Position numbers and translations under genes: made by a program
NCBI GenBank assembly: GCA_025061115.1
Contig: JANZKC010000003.1
Coordinates: 96,001 to 160,000 of the forward strand
Reading direction: 5' to 3'
Length of the DNA stretch: 64,000 nucleotides
Source of the DNA: Candidatus Culexmicrobium cathedralense
GTDB taxonomy: Archaea > Thermoproteota > Methanomethylicia > Culexarchaeales > Culexmicrobiaceae
The notes under the pieces: model-generated
The model's input: the letters and a program-made list of their open reading frames with translations, nothing else
Told to the model about the DNA's origin: nothing
Databases searched by the model: none
Shown: one piece after another, positions 1 through 10,427 of the stretch
Numbering within the stretch: position 1 is the first letter of the stretch
How the letters are laid out: each line of letters begins with the position of its first letter

Positions 1-65
1 TTGAGTGCTGTGCTTGTGTAGCAGCTTGCCCGAACAATGCGATTAGGCATAGTAGCTGTGCATAG
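1..65 (+). CDS. 3' end of a 4Fe-4S ferredoxin-domain protein (partial, runs off window start)
   Basis: Frame starting at nt 3 reads ECCACVAACPNNAIRHSSCA*, the tail of a CxxCxxCxxxCP motif; stop TAG at 63-65. Not in the ORF track. Confidence 0.7.
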   Translation, partial: ECCACVAACPNNAIRHSSCA

Positions 66-107
66 TTGTCATGCAGTGCAGGCTTGAAGCGTATCATTAA
101 ACTGAAG

Positions 108-572
108 CTACACGTTGAAGTTGTAATTTTTTCTTGCTATTTCCTCTAGTTTAGCTATTTGTTTTTTCCTAAAGCCAACATATATTCCTCCAAATTTCCC
201 TCCTACCCATGTAACTATTTCCTCATTTTTTGCCAAAACATCTTTTAAGTATGGATGGAGGACTTTAATTGAATACACCACTATATTTTTATCTTCTATT
301 TTCAAGTCAATTCCTTTATTGAGCTGTATTCTGAAGCCATTTTCTATTCCAATAATTTTGAGAAATTTTCCTCTTTTTGGCGGTATTATTTTGTCTAATA
401 TTGTATGTTCAACATCCAAGTGAGTTACTCTTGCTAATGAGTATCCTTTAATGTGAATGTAAACTTCAGCTCCATTTAACTCGATTTTACCATGGTTGGT
501 TAGCAATTGGACTTCTGCTTTTCCGAGTAGTATTTTTCCTTCTGCAGGACCAGTCATCTCGATCTCTTCCAA
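108..572 (-). CDS. hypothetical protein
   Basis: 154-aa ORF with protein-like composition, divergent from ppdK; no family recognised. Confidence 0.6.
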   Translation of the reverse strand: MEEIEMTGPAEGKILLGKAEVQLLTNHGKIELNGAEVYIHIKGYSLARVTHLDVEHTILDKIIPPKRGKFLKIIGIENGFRIQLNKGIDLKIEDKNIVVYSIKVLHPYLKDVLAKNEEIVTWVGGKFGGIYVGFRKKQIAKLEEIARKNYNFNV

Positions 573-666
573 GGTTAAATGTTGCTTTTACTTATATTAA
601 CTTGAATCTATACCAATTTTGACAATAAATTTTTAACTTTACATGTAGCATGTATCACTAGGTTGA

Positions 667-3369
667 TTGAAGGTGGTTGCGGTGCCAGAAGATAGTGTTG
701 AAAGGCAAAGGGTGTATACTTTCAGTGAAGGTGATTTTAAGAACGTTAAGCTACTTGGGGGGAAAGGTGCAGGGCTCTGCTTAATGACTCAACTTGGGCT
801 GCCAGTTCCTCCAGGAATTATCATTACTACTGAAGTATGCAAGGAATATTATTCGGCGGGCCGTAGGCTTCCAGATGGGTTGATGGGTGAAGTTAAGGAG
901 AAGATGAAGTACATCGAAGAAAAGACTGGCAAGAAGTTTGGTGATCCAGAGAATCCACTATTGGTTTCTGTTAGATCTGGAGCTCCTGTTTCAATGCCTG
1001 GAATGATGGATACAGTTCTCAATCTCGGGATCAACGACGTGATTGTAAAGGGACTGGCTAAGCAGCTTGGTGATGAAAGAGCAGCTTATGACGCGTATAG
1101 ACGTTTCCTTCAAATGTTTGGTAAAATCGTTTTGAACATTGACGAGAAACTTTTCGATGAAAAGTTTGAACATGTAAAGCAAAAGTATGGCGCTAAAACT
1201 GATGCTGATTTAACTGTTGATGCTTTGAAGGAAATTGTTGAGGAATTTAAGAAAATAATTAAGGAGAACTATGGAAGGCTAATTGAAGATCCTTGGGAGC
1301 AACTTGAGCTAGCCATTAAAGCAGTATTTGACTCTTGGAATAATCCAAGAGCAGTATTCTATAGAAAAGCGAATAAAATTACACCCGACATTGCTGATGG
1401 AACTGCAGTTAGCATAGTTGCGATGGTTTTTGGTAATGTTGGATTAAACTCAGCTACTGGCGTCATATTTACGAGAAATCCAGCATCTGGAGAAAATGAG
1501 CTTTACGGCGAGTTCCTAGTTATGGCTCAGGGCGAAGATGTGGTAGCAGGCATTAGAACTCCTAGGCCAATTAAGGAGTTAGCTGAATTAAATCCGAATC
1601 TCTACAAGCAGCTATATGATAGTGCTAAACTTCTGGAGAGAATTAAGAAGGAAGTTCAGGACATAGAGTTTACAATTGAGAATGGAAAGCTGTACTTCCT
1701 CCAAACTAGAAACGGCAAAATGACGCCTCTAGCTAGAGTTAAAACTGCTGTGGACATGGTTAAGGAGGGTATTCTGAAGAAGGAGGAAGCGCTATTAAGA
1801 GTTAAGCCAGAACACATTGAACAATTACTCTACCCACAAATCGATCCTAAGGTTAAGGCCGAACCAATAGCTAAGGGACTAGCATCATCTCCAGGTGCAG
1901 TTTCAGGAATAGTCGTCTTCGATGCTGATAAAGCGGTTAAGTGGGCGAATGAAGGAAAGCAAGTAATATTAGTTAGAGAGGAGACTAAACCTGACGACGT
2001 TCATGGAATGTATGCTTCAGTAGGCATTTTAACTAGCAGAGGTGGAATGACAAGCCATGCAGCTGTAGTTGCTAGAGCGATTGGAAAGCCATGTGTAGTA
2101 GGCTGTGAAGCAATAAAAATTGATTATGAAAGTAAAAAATTCACAGTGCCTAAAAATGGCGTAGTTGTAAGTGAGGGTGACTGGATCACCATAGACGGCT
2201 TCACTGGAAACGTCTACGTCGGCAAGATACCTACAATCAAGCCTGAATTGCCAAAAGAATTCCACGAGCTCCTAAGCTGGGCGGATGAGTTTAGAAGATT
2301 AGGCGTTAGAGCAAATGCAGACGTCCCTGAGGATGCGATAACCGCAAGGAAGTTTGGAGCTGAAGGCATTGGACTGCTCCGAACCGAAAGAATGTTCAGA
2401 GCACCAGAAAGGCTCGAAATATTTAGGAAGGTAATATTATCCGAAACAAGCGAGGAAAGGAGAAAACAACTCGAAAAGCTCGTCCCACTACTCAAGAGCG
2501 ACTTCTTGGAAATCTTTGAAGCCATGGAGGGCCTCCCAGTAATTGTAAGATTATTCGACCCGCCATTACACGAATTCCTGCCAAGCGAAGTCGAATTAGT
2601 AACGGAAATTATGGAATTGAAGGCTAAGGGTGAAACCCAGAAATTGGCTGAAAAGGAGCTCCTTCTCAAGCGCGTAAGAGCTCTTAAGGAAGCTAATCCA
2701 ATGATGGGGCATAGAGGAGTCAGAGTCGGCGTAACCTATCCGGAAATTTATGCTGCTCAAGTAAAAGCTATTCTCGAAGCTGCTGCAGAGCTAATTACGA
2801 AAGGAAAGGACATAAAAGTGTCCATAATGGTTCCACAGGTTTGCGATGCAAAAGAGCTAATCTACGTTAAAAAGAATGCCGTAGAACCAGTTGTAAAGGA
2901 GGTTGAAGCAAAATATGGAATCAAAGTGCCATTCAAGTACGGAACAATGATTGAAGTCGTAAGGGCATGCTTAACTGCAGATGAAATAGCAAAGGTTGCT
3001 GAATTCTTCAGCTTCGGAACAAACGACCTAACTCAAGGAACATTTACATTCAGTAGAGATGACGTTGAAGGAAAGTTCATGGCTAGGTACCTTGAACTAG
3101 GAATTCTCAATGAAGATCCATTCAAGACGCTTGATGAGAAAGGTGTTGGAAAGCTGATGAAAATTGCAGTTGAACTAGGTAGAAGCGTAAGAAAAGACAT
3201 TGAAATAGGCATTTGTGGAGAACATGGAGGGGATCCAAAAAGCATTGAATTCTGCCATAAAATTGGATTAGATTACGTAAGCGCTTCACCATATAGAATT
3301 CCAGTAGCAAGACTAGTAGCAGCACAAGCTGCAATAAAGGAAAAGGGCATTGAACTAGCAAAATACTAG
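667..3369 (+). CDS. ppdK: pyruvate, phosphate dikinase
   Basis: LLGGKGA, PLLVSVRSGA, SMPGMMDT, phospho-His motif GGMTSHAAVVAR, FSFGTNDLTQ, GICGEHGGDP. Confidence 0.97.
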   Translation: MKVVAVPEDSVERQRVYTFSEGDFKNVKLLGGKGAGLCLMTQLGLPVPPGIIITTEVCKEYYSAGRRLPDGLMGEVKEKMKYIEEKTGKKFGDPENPLLVSVRSGAPVSMPGMMDTVLNLGINDVIVKGLAKQLGDERAAYDAYRRFLQMFGKIVLNIDEKLFDEKFEHVKQKYGAKTDADLTVDALKEIVEEFKKIIKENYGRLIEDPWEQLELAIKAVFDSWNNPRAVFYRKANKITPDIADGTAVSIVAMVFGNVGLNSATGVIFTRNPASGENELYGEFLVMAQGEDVVAGIRTPRPIKELAELNPNLYKQLYDSAKLLERIKKEVQDIEFTIENGKLYFLQTRNGKMTPLARVKTAVDMVKEGILKKEEALLRVKPEHIEQLLYPQIDPKVKAEPIAKGLASSPGAVSGIVVFDADKAVKWANEGKQVILVREETKPDDVHGMYASVGILTSRGGMTSHAAVVARAIGKPCVVGCEAIKIDYESKKFTVPKNGVVVSEGDWITIDGFTGNVYVGKIPTIKPELPKEFHELLSWADEFRRLGVRANADVPEDAITARKFGAEGIGLLRTERMFRAPERLEIFRKVILSETSEERRKQLEKLVPLLKSDFLEIFEAMEGLPVIVRLFDPPLHEFLPSEVELVTEIMELKAKGETQKLAEKELLLKRVRALKEANPMMGHRGVRVGVTYPEIYAAQVKAILEAAAELITKGKDIKVSIMVPQVCDAKELIYVKKNAVEPVVKEVEAKYGIKVPFKYGTMIEVVRACLTADEIAKVAEFFSFGTNDLTQGTFTFSRDDVEGKFMARYLELGILNEDPFKTLDEKGVGKLMKIAVELGRSVRKDIEIGICGEHGGDPKSIEFCHKIGLDYVSASPYRIPVARLVAAQAAIKEKGIELAKY

Positions 3370-3486
3370 CGTTAATTCTTTTAACTATAATTAATTATTT
3401 TATAACTTAATTTTTATATTTTTACTAATTATGGTATTGGTTATTAAGTTACATTTATAATTGATTCTCGTAATGATGTATGCCTT

Positions 3487-4326
3487 TTATTTTGATTTCA
3501 CTAGAAATTCGCAGTATGGGTCTCCTTTTGCAATACATTTAGATTCAATCACCGAAACTTCGCTCTTGAAAAATTGGCTGAACCAACCAGCAATCATACC
3601 TCTAACTAGATGTGAGCTGGGCTTTTTGGATCTTTTATATAACTCACACTCGAAGCAACCATATATCCTAATTATTGCTTCCCTCCTATCCATGTCAAGC
3701 TTTATTGTTTTCATTATTCCAAAGCCAAGATGTTGAAACAATGCTTCAGACACTTTTACCAACTTTTCAGCGTCCCATCCTACAAGCCTGCGATGTCCCT
3801 TTTGAAACACATTAACGCCAATGTCATGGCCCAAAAGGTATAGGATTGCACTAAAACCAGAGCCTAGCTCCTCCCTAATCCTTTTAGCAAACACTTCATA
3901 TTCGCGTTGTAAAAATATTATTCCGCGTTCCTCACCTATCATTAATGGGAAGAAGTATTGATCATAAACGAAGCCATTAAAAATTGGATTAAGCAATTTG
4001 ACATCCAATACATATGGCATGTTTTTCAACACCATAAGCAAATCTTCAGCTTCAATATCTGAATCAGTTAAATCAACGAAAACCACACCATGGCTTGAGC
4101 CTTCCAAATCATGGGATACGGCATAATGAATAATTGGAATTCCCCTCGAGGCAAAAGCACGTGTTATTTGCTCCAAAACACCCGCTCTATATATTGCGCG
4201 GGGATCAAAAATTATATGAAAGCCAATCACCCGCCTTCCAGCAGCATTCACATATAATTGAAATCTAAATGGAGTGTGTTTATCAATCAACGTGAACCAC
4301 CGTTGAAAGCTATTGAAATCAAACAT
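3487..4326 (-). CDS. ACT-like plus V4R domain protein (small-molecule-binding regulator)
   Basis: ACT-like segment (GVLEQITRAFASRGIPI) and C-terminal V4R signature (CFEC...HLVRGMIAG...ESKCIAKGDPYCEF). Confidence 0.8.
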   Translation of the reverse strand: MFDFNSFQRWFTLIDKHTPFRFQLYVNAAGRRVIGFHIIFDPRAIYRAGVLEQITRAFASRGIPIIHYAVSHDLEGSSHGVVFVDLTDSDIEAEDLLMVLKNMPYVLDVKLLNPIFNGFVYDQYFFPLMIGEERGIIFLQREYEVFAKRIREELGSGFSAILYLLGHDIGVNVFQKGHRRLVGWDAEKLVKVSEALFQHLGFGIMKTIKLDMDRREAIIRIYGCFECELYKRSKKPSSHLVRGMIAGWFSQFFKSEVSVIESKCIAKGDPYCEFLVKSK

Positions 4327-4424
4327 ATTTATGTATTAATTATGACCAAAACATTGATGTTTTACTTCTAATTTTTAATTATTATTAGTAATTATTCTAT
4401 ATTTAATTTTTTAAATTTTACTAA

Positions 4425-4787
4425 TCAATTAATTGTTAATTCTCTAAGTGAAATAAATGAATTTCTATTAATTTTTCTTTTATTTTTAAATTTAACTCCT
4501 TCAAGTTCGAGCAGCTTCCTCTTAAAATCCACTCCTCCTACGGCAGAATATCCTCCAATTTCGCCATTTGACCTTACAACTCTATGACATGGAATTATGG
4601 GTGCTTCATCGTTCATTTTCATAAGCTTTCCTACTAATCTTGGATTAACACCTAAAGCTAGTGCAAGTTCCTTGTAAGATGTAACCTTACCTATTGGAAT
4701 TAAGAGTAGCAGTGCTTTTGCTGCTTCAAGCATATCTATAATGCCTGCCTTCCTCACATTTCCATTTTCATAAACTAGTAGAGGCAC
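4425..4787 (-). CDS. ogt: methylated-DNA-protein-cysteine methyltransferase (MGMT family)
   Basis: IPxGKVTSY..LA HTH and active-site IPCHRVV, KRKLLELEG. Confidence 0.9.
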   Translation of the reverse strand: MPLLVYENGNVRKAGIIDMLEAAKALLLLIPIGKVTSYKELALALGVNPRLVGKLMKMNDEAPIIPCHRVVRSNGEIGGYSAVGGVDFKRKLLELEGVKFKNKRKINRNSFISLRELTIN

Positions 4788-4799
4788 GCAACCACCGTT

Positions 4800-5228
4800 C
4801 TATAAAGTTTGTTTTATAAGTTTCTGAATTTTCGTCAGGTATCTTGCAATTTTCACGCATTTAGGGTTAATTTCAATGTCTTTTCCATTTTCAATTACTA
4901 TGTGCTTCACATTGAGGTTGCCAACTATCCGCTTGACTTCTTCAAGGGCCATGTGAAGTTGAATGCAGTGAGGTGAACCATCAACAGTTAGTACTACGAC
5001 TTCATCCAACTCAACTCTAGCAGCCATTGAAGCGACTTTAAGAGCAACCATGTTCATGTGCTCTTTTTCCATGCAGACAAATAGTGGAACTCTGCCTTCT
5101 GCATACCTTTCAAATATGTCTTTGTGCTCACTTATTACGCATGAGCCACATATCAACAGCTTACGCTTCTCTCTAATCTCCTTTCCAGCAACATTTACGC
5201 TAAGTAGGTCTCGGATCAAATTTACCAC
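4800..5228 (-). CDS. conserved small Cys/His-containing protein, putative Fe-S or metal binding
   Basis: CGSC, C..EH and VDGSPHC motifs; in the same-strand run after carB. Confidence 0.6.
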   Translation of the reverse strand: MVNLIRDLLSVNVAGKEIREKRKLLICGSCVISEHKDIFERYAEGRVPLFVCMEKEHMNMVALKVASMAARVELDEVVVLTVDGSPHCIQLHMALEEVKRIVGNLNVKHIVIENGKDIEINPKCVKIARYLTKIQKLIKQTL

Positions 5229-5248
5229 CCAATAAAATTATCTATATA

Positions 5249-8200
5249 TTAATAAAAGTGCAGTGTCGAATGTAGGAAATTCTTATTTTTAAATGGCAGT
5301 TCAGGGTAAGTTACTTTTTTATGTAGATGTTCACTTAATTCTTCGATACTTATGAATCCTTCAGTGTAAAGCCAATTGTGCGCTTTTGAAAGTTCAAGCA
5401 TTAAATTTTGGTCCAGTACGAGTGGAATGTTCAAATCTGCGGAGAGCCTTCTAATCTTATAGTCTAGTTTTGGTGTGTATCCCGAGCAGGCTACAAGCTT
5501 TATTTTATGTTCCTTTAAGGCTTTGCAGGCTTCATCAGCGTTTAGCTTTTCGAAGTTTCCAATAGCTCCTTTTTCTAGTGTGTAGATTTCTACATTTAAG
5601 TTGGCTAAAAATTCTGCAGCTTTGCTCATTATTGGCTGATGGCGTTTAATGCCGCTGTAAATAAGCACTGTATCTCCAGGATTTATGAGCTTATTGGGCT
5701 GTATTGAAAGCCAGCTTTTAAGTAATGCTTCTTCAAAGCAAAGTCCTTGGCTTGCTGCTTCCCCCGTACTTCTCATTTCGGGTCCAAGGTAAGGATATGC
5801 CTTTTTCATTTGAGCCCATGAAAATTGAGGCGACTTAACTGACCACCCATTTATTGGTGGCTCGTAAAAGTCCGCATTAGAAGGTAGTTTTAACTTGGCT
5901 TCGAGAATTGCTTGAGCGGCCATTTCCATGAGGTTTATTCCTCTAGACTTGCTTGAGAATGGCATTGAACGGCTTGCTCTCAAGTTTAACTCTATAACAT
6001 ATGGCTCTCCATTCTTAACTATGAACTGAATGTTAAATGGTCCTTTAACATTTAATTCTTTAGCTAAAGTAACTGCTATTTCTTTAACTTTTAATGCAGC
6101 AAATGGTTCGAGTTTTCGTGCTGCTGGTGTAACCATTGTTGAATCTCCGCTGTGAACTCCTGCTTCTTCGATATGCTCTAAAAGTACTCCAACAACTTGC
6201 TTTCCATCCGAAACGGCGTCAACTTCAACTTCAAGTGCATTTTCAATGAACTTTGAAACTACTGCTGGATGTTCAATTGAAATTTTGGCGGCATTTCCCA
6301 GGTACTCTATTAGCTCGCTTTCATTATGGGCAATTTTCATGGCTGCGCCGCTGAGGACGTAGCTAGGTCTAACGATTACCGGATATCCCACCTGATCTGC
6401 GAATCTCAGGACTTCCTTTAAGCTTGAAGCGGTGCACCATGGAGGCTGCTTAATACCTAGTTTTTCAAGAAGTTCAGCGAACTTTTCTCTATCTTCAGCT
6501 TTGTCGACGCTTATTCCGGATGTACCGAGTATCGTCACGCGTTTCTCTTCAAGTTTCTTGGCTATGTTATTGGCGATTTGTCCACCAGTGAAGACTACGA
6601 TTCCTAAGGGATTTTCCTTCCAGTAAATGTCCAATATTCGTTCGATGCTTATTTCCTCGAAGTAAAGCTTGTCATTTACATCCCAGTCCGTTGAAACTGT
6701 TTCTGGATTATAGTTAACTACGATTACTTCATATCCCCTCTTCTTGGCGGCCTCAGCAAATTCGACACATGCCCAGTCAAATTCCACTGAAACTCCGATC
6801 CTAAAGGTTCCGGCTCCGAGAACTATTATCTTGGGTTTCTTTGCGGTAAACGATATGTCGTCCTCAACGCCATTGTAGGTGACGTATAGGTAATTTGTTT
6901 TTGCAGGCCACTCAGCAGCCAACGTATCTATCTGCTTGACAACGGGAATAACTCCATGTTTAATGCGCGCTTTTCTTACCGCATCTTCGCTTAATCTTGT
7001 GAGTTTAGCTATTTGAAGGTCGCTGAATCCAAGCCGCTTAGCTTCAGCTATAAGCGTGTAAAGCTTATTCGAATCGCCTCTTCTCGCCGTTTTCCTCAGC
7101 TCTTCGGCTAGCTTAACAACTCTTCTAATAGCATTTAAGTAGTACTTATCTATTCCAGTAATTGCGTAGATTTCATCTACAGTTGCACCTAGCTTGAAAG
7201 CTTTAGCTGCCCTTAAAAACCAATATGGCTTTCTTGACTTTAAATCTTTAAGCACATCATGTAGGGATTCGGGCTCATCATAGTTACGCCCTCCTACGAG
7301 TCCCGGTTCACCGATATCCAGCATTCTAACTGCTTTCTGTAGGGCTTCTTCAAGGCATCTGCCTATTGCCATGACTTCTCCTATGCTTTTCATTTCCGAG
7401 CAGACTGAGCGTTCAATTTTAGCGAACTTGTCGAAGTCCCATCTCGGAACCTTAACTACTACGTAATCTAAGCTAGGTTCAAAACAGGCATGCGTCACTC
7501 CTGTGACTTTATTTAGAAGCTCGTCGAGCGTGTAGCCTAGAGCGAGTTTCGCTGCGATGTATGCTAATGGGTATCCAGTTGCTTTGCTGGCTAATGCGCT
7601 GCTTCTTGACATTCTTGGATTTGTTTCGATAATGAAGAATTCTTCGCCAGCTGGATGTAATGCAAGCTGAACATTGCACTCGCCTATTAGTTCTATCGCT
7701 TCAGCTACTTTAAGTGATGCTTTTCTTAAGAGGTAATATTCTCGATTGGTAATTGTTTGCGAAGGTGCAACAACTACTGAATCTCCCGTGTGAATTCCCA
7801 TAGGATCCACGTTTTCCAGGCAGGCTACAGCAACGCTATTTCCTCGAAAGTCTCTAACAACTTCAAATTCTATCTCCTTCCAGAAGTGAAGGTACTTTTC
7901 AATTAGGACTAAGTTTATCTCGCTATGGGCGAAGGCTCTAGCTAAATCATTTTCTAGCTGTTTTTCTGACCAAGCTATGGTTGAACCTCTTCCACCTAGG
8001 TTAAAGCTAACTCGGACAATGACGGGATAACCAATTTTCTCTGCTGCCTTCAATGCATCTTCAATTTTCTCTGCTGCTTTGCTTGGAGGAATTGGCAGTC
8101 CATGAGATGTCATGGTCTCGCAGAATAATTCCCTGTTTAAAGCTCTTTCAATTCCTTCAATTGGCGTGCCCAAGACCTTGACGCCATACTTTGATAGGAT

Positions 8201-8509
8201 GCCGCGCTTATGCAGCTGCAGTCCAATTGAAAGTGCAGTTTGCCCTCCAAAACCCAATAAAATGCCATCTGGCATTTCCCTCTCAATAACTTTCTCCACG
8301 AATTTCGCTTTAAGTGGAATTAAGTAGACTTTGTCTGCAAGTCTATGGGATGTCTGAATAGTAGCGACATTTGGATTTACGAGTATAGATTCTATTCCCT
8401 CCTCTCTCAGAGCTTTCAGTGCTTGGCTGCCACTATAGTCGAATTCGGCTGCTTCAGCTACTTTTATTGCTCCAGACCCTAAAACCAACACTCTGCTAGG
8501 ATACTCCAT
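5249..8509 (-). CDS. carB: carbamoyl-phosphate synthase large subunit
   Basis: GSGAIKVAEAAEFDYSGSQA, duplicated ATP-grasp halves, NPETVSTD, EAGVHSGDS, C-terminal MGS-like domain. Confidence 0.97.
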   Translation of the reverse strand: MEYPSRVLVLGSGAIKVAEAAEFDYSGSQALKALREEGIESILVNPNVATIQTSHRLADKVYLIPLKAKFVEKVIEREMPDGILLGFGGQTALSIGLQLHKRGILSKYGVKVLGTPIEGIERALNRELFCETMTSHGLPIPPSKAAEKIEDALKAAEKIGYPVIVRVSFNLGGRGSTIAWSEKQLENDLARAFAHSEINLVLIEKYLHFWKEIEFEVVRDFRGNSVAVACLENVDPMGIHTGDSVVVAPSQTITNREYYLLRKASLKVAEAIELIGECNVQLALHPAGEEFFIIETNPRMSRSSALASKATGYPLAYIAAKLALGYTLDELLNKVTGVTHACFEPSLDYVVVKVPRWDFDKFAKIERSVCSEMKSIGEVMAIGRCLEEALQKAVRMLDIGEPGLVGGRNYDEPESLHDVLKDLKSRKPYWFLRAAKAFKLGATVDEIYAITGIDKYYLNAIRRVVKLAEELRKTARRGDSNKLYTLIAEAKRLGFSDLQIAKLTRLSEDAVRKARIKHGVIPVVKQIDTLAAEWPAKTNYLYVTYNGVEDDISFTAKKPKIIVLGAGTFRIGVSVEFDWACVEFAEAAKKRGYEVIVVNYNPETVSTDWDVNDKLYFEEISIERILDIYWKENPLGIVVFTGGQIANNIAKKLEEKRVTILGTSGISVDKAEDREKFAELLEKLGIKQPPWCTASSLKEVLRFADQVGYPVIVRPSYVLSGAAMKIAHNESELIEYLGNAAKISIEHPAVVSKFIENALEVEVDAVSDGKQVVGVLLEHIEEAGVHSGDSTMVTPAARKLEPFAALKVKEIAVTLAKELNVKGPFNIQFIVKNGEPYVIELNLRASRSMPFSSKSRGINLMEMAAQAILEAKLKLPSNADFYEPPINGWSVKSPQFSWAQMKKAYPYLGPEMRSTGEAASQGLCFEEALLKSWLSIQPNKLINPGDTVLIYSGIKRHQPIMSKAAEFLANLNVEIYTLEKGAIGNFEKLNADEACKALKEHKIKLVACSGYTPKLDYKIRRLSADLNIPLVLDQNLMLELSKAHNWLYTEGFISIEELSEHLHKKVTYPELPFKNKNFLHSTLHFY

Positions 8510-9665
8510 ATCTAATCACCAACCTATCGAAAATGTCGAAGATCCACGAGGTATCTGGAGGGCCAGGTGAAGCTTCAGGATGAAATTGAACTGTAAGTAT
8601 CGGCTTGTCCTTATGCTTTAATCCTTCTACGCTTTTATCATCGACATTTATGAACCAAATTTTAAAACATACTTTCTCTGCAGTTTCACCGCTTACTGCA
8701 AAGCCATGATTTTGACTCGTAACGTAGCATCTCCCAGTTTCTAAATTCATGCAGGGCTTGTTGGCCCCTCTATGCCCGTACTTTAACTTGTACACTTCTG
8801 CCTCTTGGGATAAGGCTATTATTTGATGGCCTAAGCATATCCCCATCAGTGGCACCCCATATTCTACGAGTGCTTTGACGGCCTCTATGGTGTCACCTAG
8901 GATTGCTGGGTTTCCAGGACCATTGCTGACCACTACTCCGCATGGCTTCCACGACATGATCTCGTCAACTGAGCAGTTGTATGGAAATCTAACAATTTTA
9001 TAACCTCTCGATAAGAGCTCCCTTAAAATTCCATACTTTACTCCGCAATCGATTATAGCAACGAGCTTTTTACTTTCGCGGTGCGGTTGGTGAACTATGA
9101 TCTTTCGCGGCGAAACTCTTTCAACTAAATTCAAGTTATCGTATCTTGGTGTTTTTGCAAGTATTTCTGAAAGCTCCTCTATGCTGCATTTTTCTTGTTG
9201 TGAAAAGACCTTGAGTACTCCCATCATAACGCCTTTAGTCCTTAGCTTTTTCACGAGGAACCTCGTGTCAACGCAGCTCATTCCAGGAATTCCTTCAGCT
9301 TTAAGCCACTCATGTAAGCTCATGGTTGAAGCCCAGTGGCTTGGATCAGTTTCTTCAGCTACAATTAATCCTTCTACATGTATATTGTCGGACTCGTAGT
9401 GTAATGGTATTCCGCACAACTTTAGCTCTCTGCCCGGCACTCCATAATTTCCGACGAGCGGATAGGTAATGACGAGTATTTGCCCCTCATAAGATGGATC
9501 GGTTAAAGATTCTGGATAGCCAACCATGCTTGTAGTGAAAACGACTTCTCCAACTTTAAGACCAGGAGCTCCAAAACCACAACCTTCAATGAGAGTTCCA
9601 TCCTCCAAGAGAAGAAGCGCATTTAATCCTCGCCTGCATCTGGCTTTAAGCTTGACATGCTGCAA
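8496..9665 (-). CDS. carA: carbamoyl-phosphate synthase small subunit
   Basis: GEVVFTT..GYPESLTDPSY, SNGPGNP, GICLGHQ, QFHPEASPGP; overlaps carB start. Confidence 0.97.
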   Translation of the reverse strand: MQHVKLKARCRRGLNALLLLEDGTLIEGCGFGAPGLKVGEVVFTTSMVGYPESLTDPSYEGQILVITYPLVGNYGVPGRELKLCGIPLHYESDNIHVEGLIVAEETDPSHWASTMSLHEWLKAEGIPGMSCVDTRFLVKKLRTKGVMMGVLKVFSQQEKCSIEELSEILAKTPRYDNLNLVERVSPRKIIVHQPHRESKKLVAIIDCGVKYGILRELLSRGYKIVRFPYNCSVDEIMSWKPCGVVVSNGPGNPAILGDTIEAVKALVEYGVPLMGICLGHQIIALSQEAEVYKLKYGHRGANKPCMNLETGRCYVTSQNHGFAVSGETAEKVCFKIWFINVDDKSVEGLKHKDKPILTVQFHPEASPGPPDTSWIFDIFDRLVIRYGVS

Positions 9666-9724
9666 TCCATAACCTCTCTACACAAAAGTTTGAGGGTGCT
9701 TTTAACCTTAACGTTATTCCAATC

Positions 9725-9830
9725 ACATATGTTTCGAAATATGTTCCATTTAAAACTAACATAACAGATGTTCACCATGAAGTTGCGTGTGAAAATGGCT
9801 TCACAAGCAGATTTGCTTTATTCCAGCAAA
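9725..9830. promoter_or_regulatory. cluster of four inverted repeats in the divergent carA / oxidoreductase intergenic region
   Basis: ACATATGTTTCGAAATATGT (9725-9744, near-palindrome), AACAT-n5-ATGTT (9758-9772), TGTGAA-n6-TTCACA (9788-9805), TTTGCT-n7-AGCAAA (9812-9830). Confidence 0.35.
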
Positions 9831-9887
9831 GCCTTAAGTATTTGCTAGCTCTTAAAGTAAGTATGCCTCGGCGGATGGAGGTCAAAC

Positions 9888-10427
9888 ATGTCAAGGGTGA
9901 GTTCTAAAATTTGGATAATGCGAGACTACCTGAAGTGCAGCGGCTGTAGATTATGTGAAATTGCCTGCTCGCTATTTCATGAAGGTAAAATTTGGCCTGA
10001 AGCCTCAAGAATACGAGTTTTCATGCTGGTTCCAGGCCTAGAATTTCCCCACTTCTGCGCTCAGTGCATCGACTACCCATGTGTCAATGCTTGCCAGGTA
10101 GGTGCTCTCAGCGTCGATGAAGGTACTGGCGCAGTAGTAGTTGACAAGGATAAGTGCACTGCCTGCGGCGCATGCATCGAAGCTTGTCCAGGAAAGATAC
10201 CGCATATTCATCCATCAGAGAAGTATGTTCTCATATGTGATTTATGCGGTGGAGATCCTCAGTGCGTAAAGGTCTGCGAGATGGGCAAGTGGAATGCTCT
10301 TTGGATCGTTCCTAGAAGTAGCGTTGAGAAGCAGTGCAAGCTTTACGCTAGAACTCCAGAGGAAATTACTGAGGATTTGGCAGTTAATGTTTATGGCGAG
10401 TTTGGGAGGGAGATTTGTAGTGAGTAG
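9888..10427 (+). CDS. polyferredoxin (4Fe-4S) small subunit of a tungsten oxidoreductase
   Basis: DmsB/HydN-like Cys pattern CSGCRLCEIAC, CAQC..YPCVNAC, CTACGACIEACP, CDLC.GDPQCVKVC; GGAGG RBS; overlaps the next gene. Confidence 0.9.
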   Translation: MSRVSSKIWIMRDYLKCSGCRLCEIACSLFHEGKIWPEASRIRVFMLVPGLEFPHFCAQCIDYPCVNACQVGALSVDEGTGAVVVDKDKCTACGACIEACPGKIPHIHPSEKYVLICDLCGGDPQCVKVCEMGKWNALWIVPRSSVEKQCKLYARTPEEITEDLAVNVYGEFGREICSE

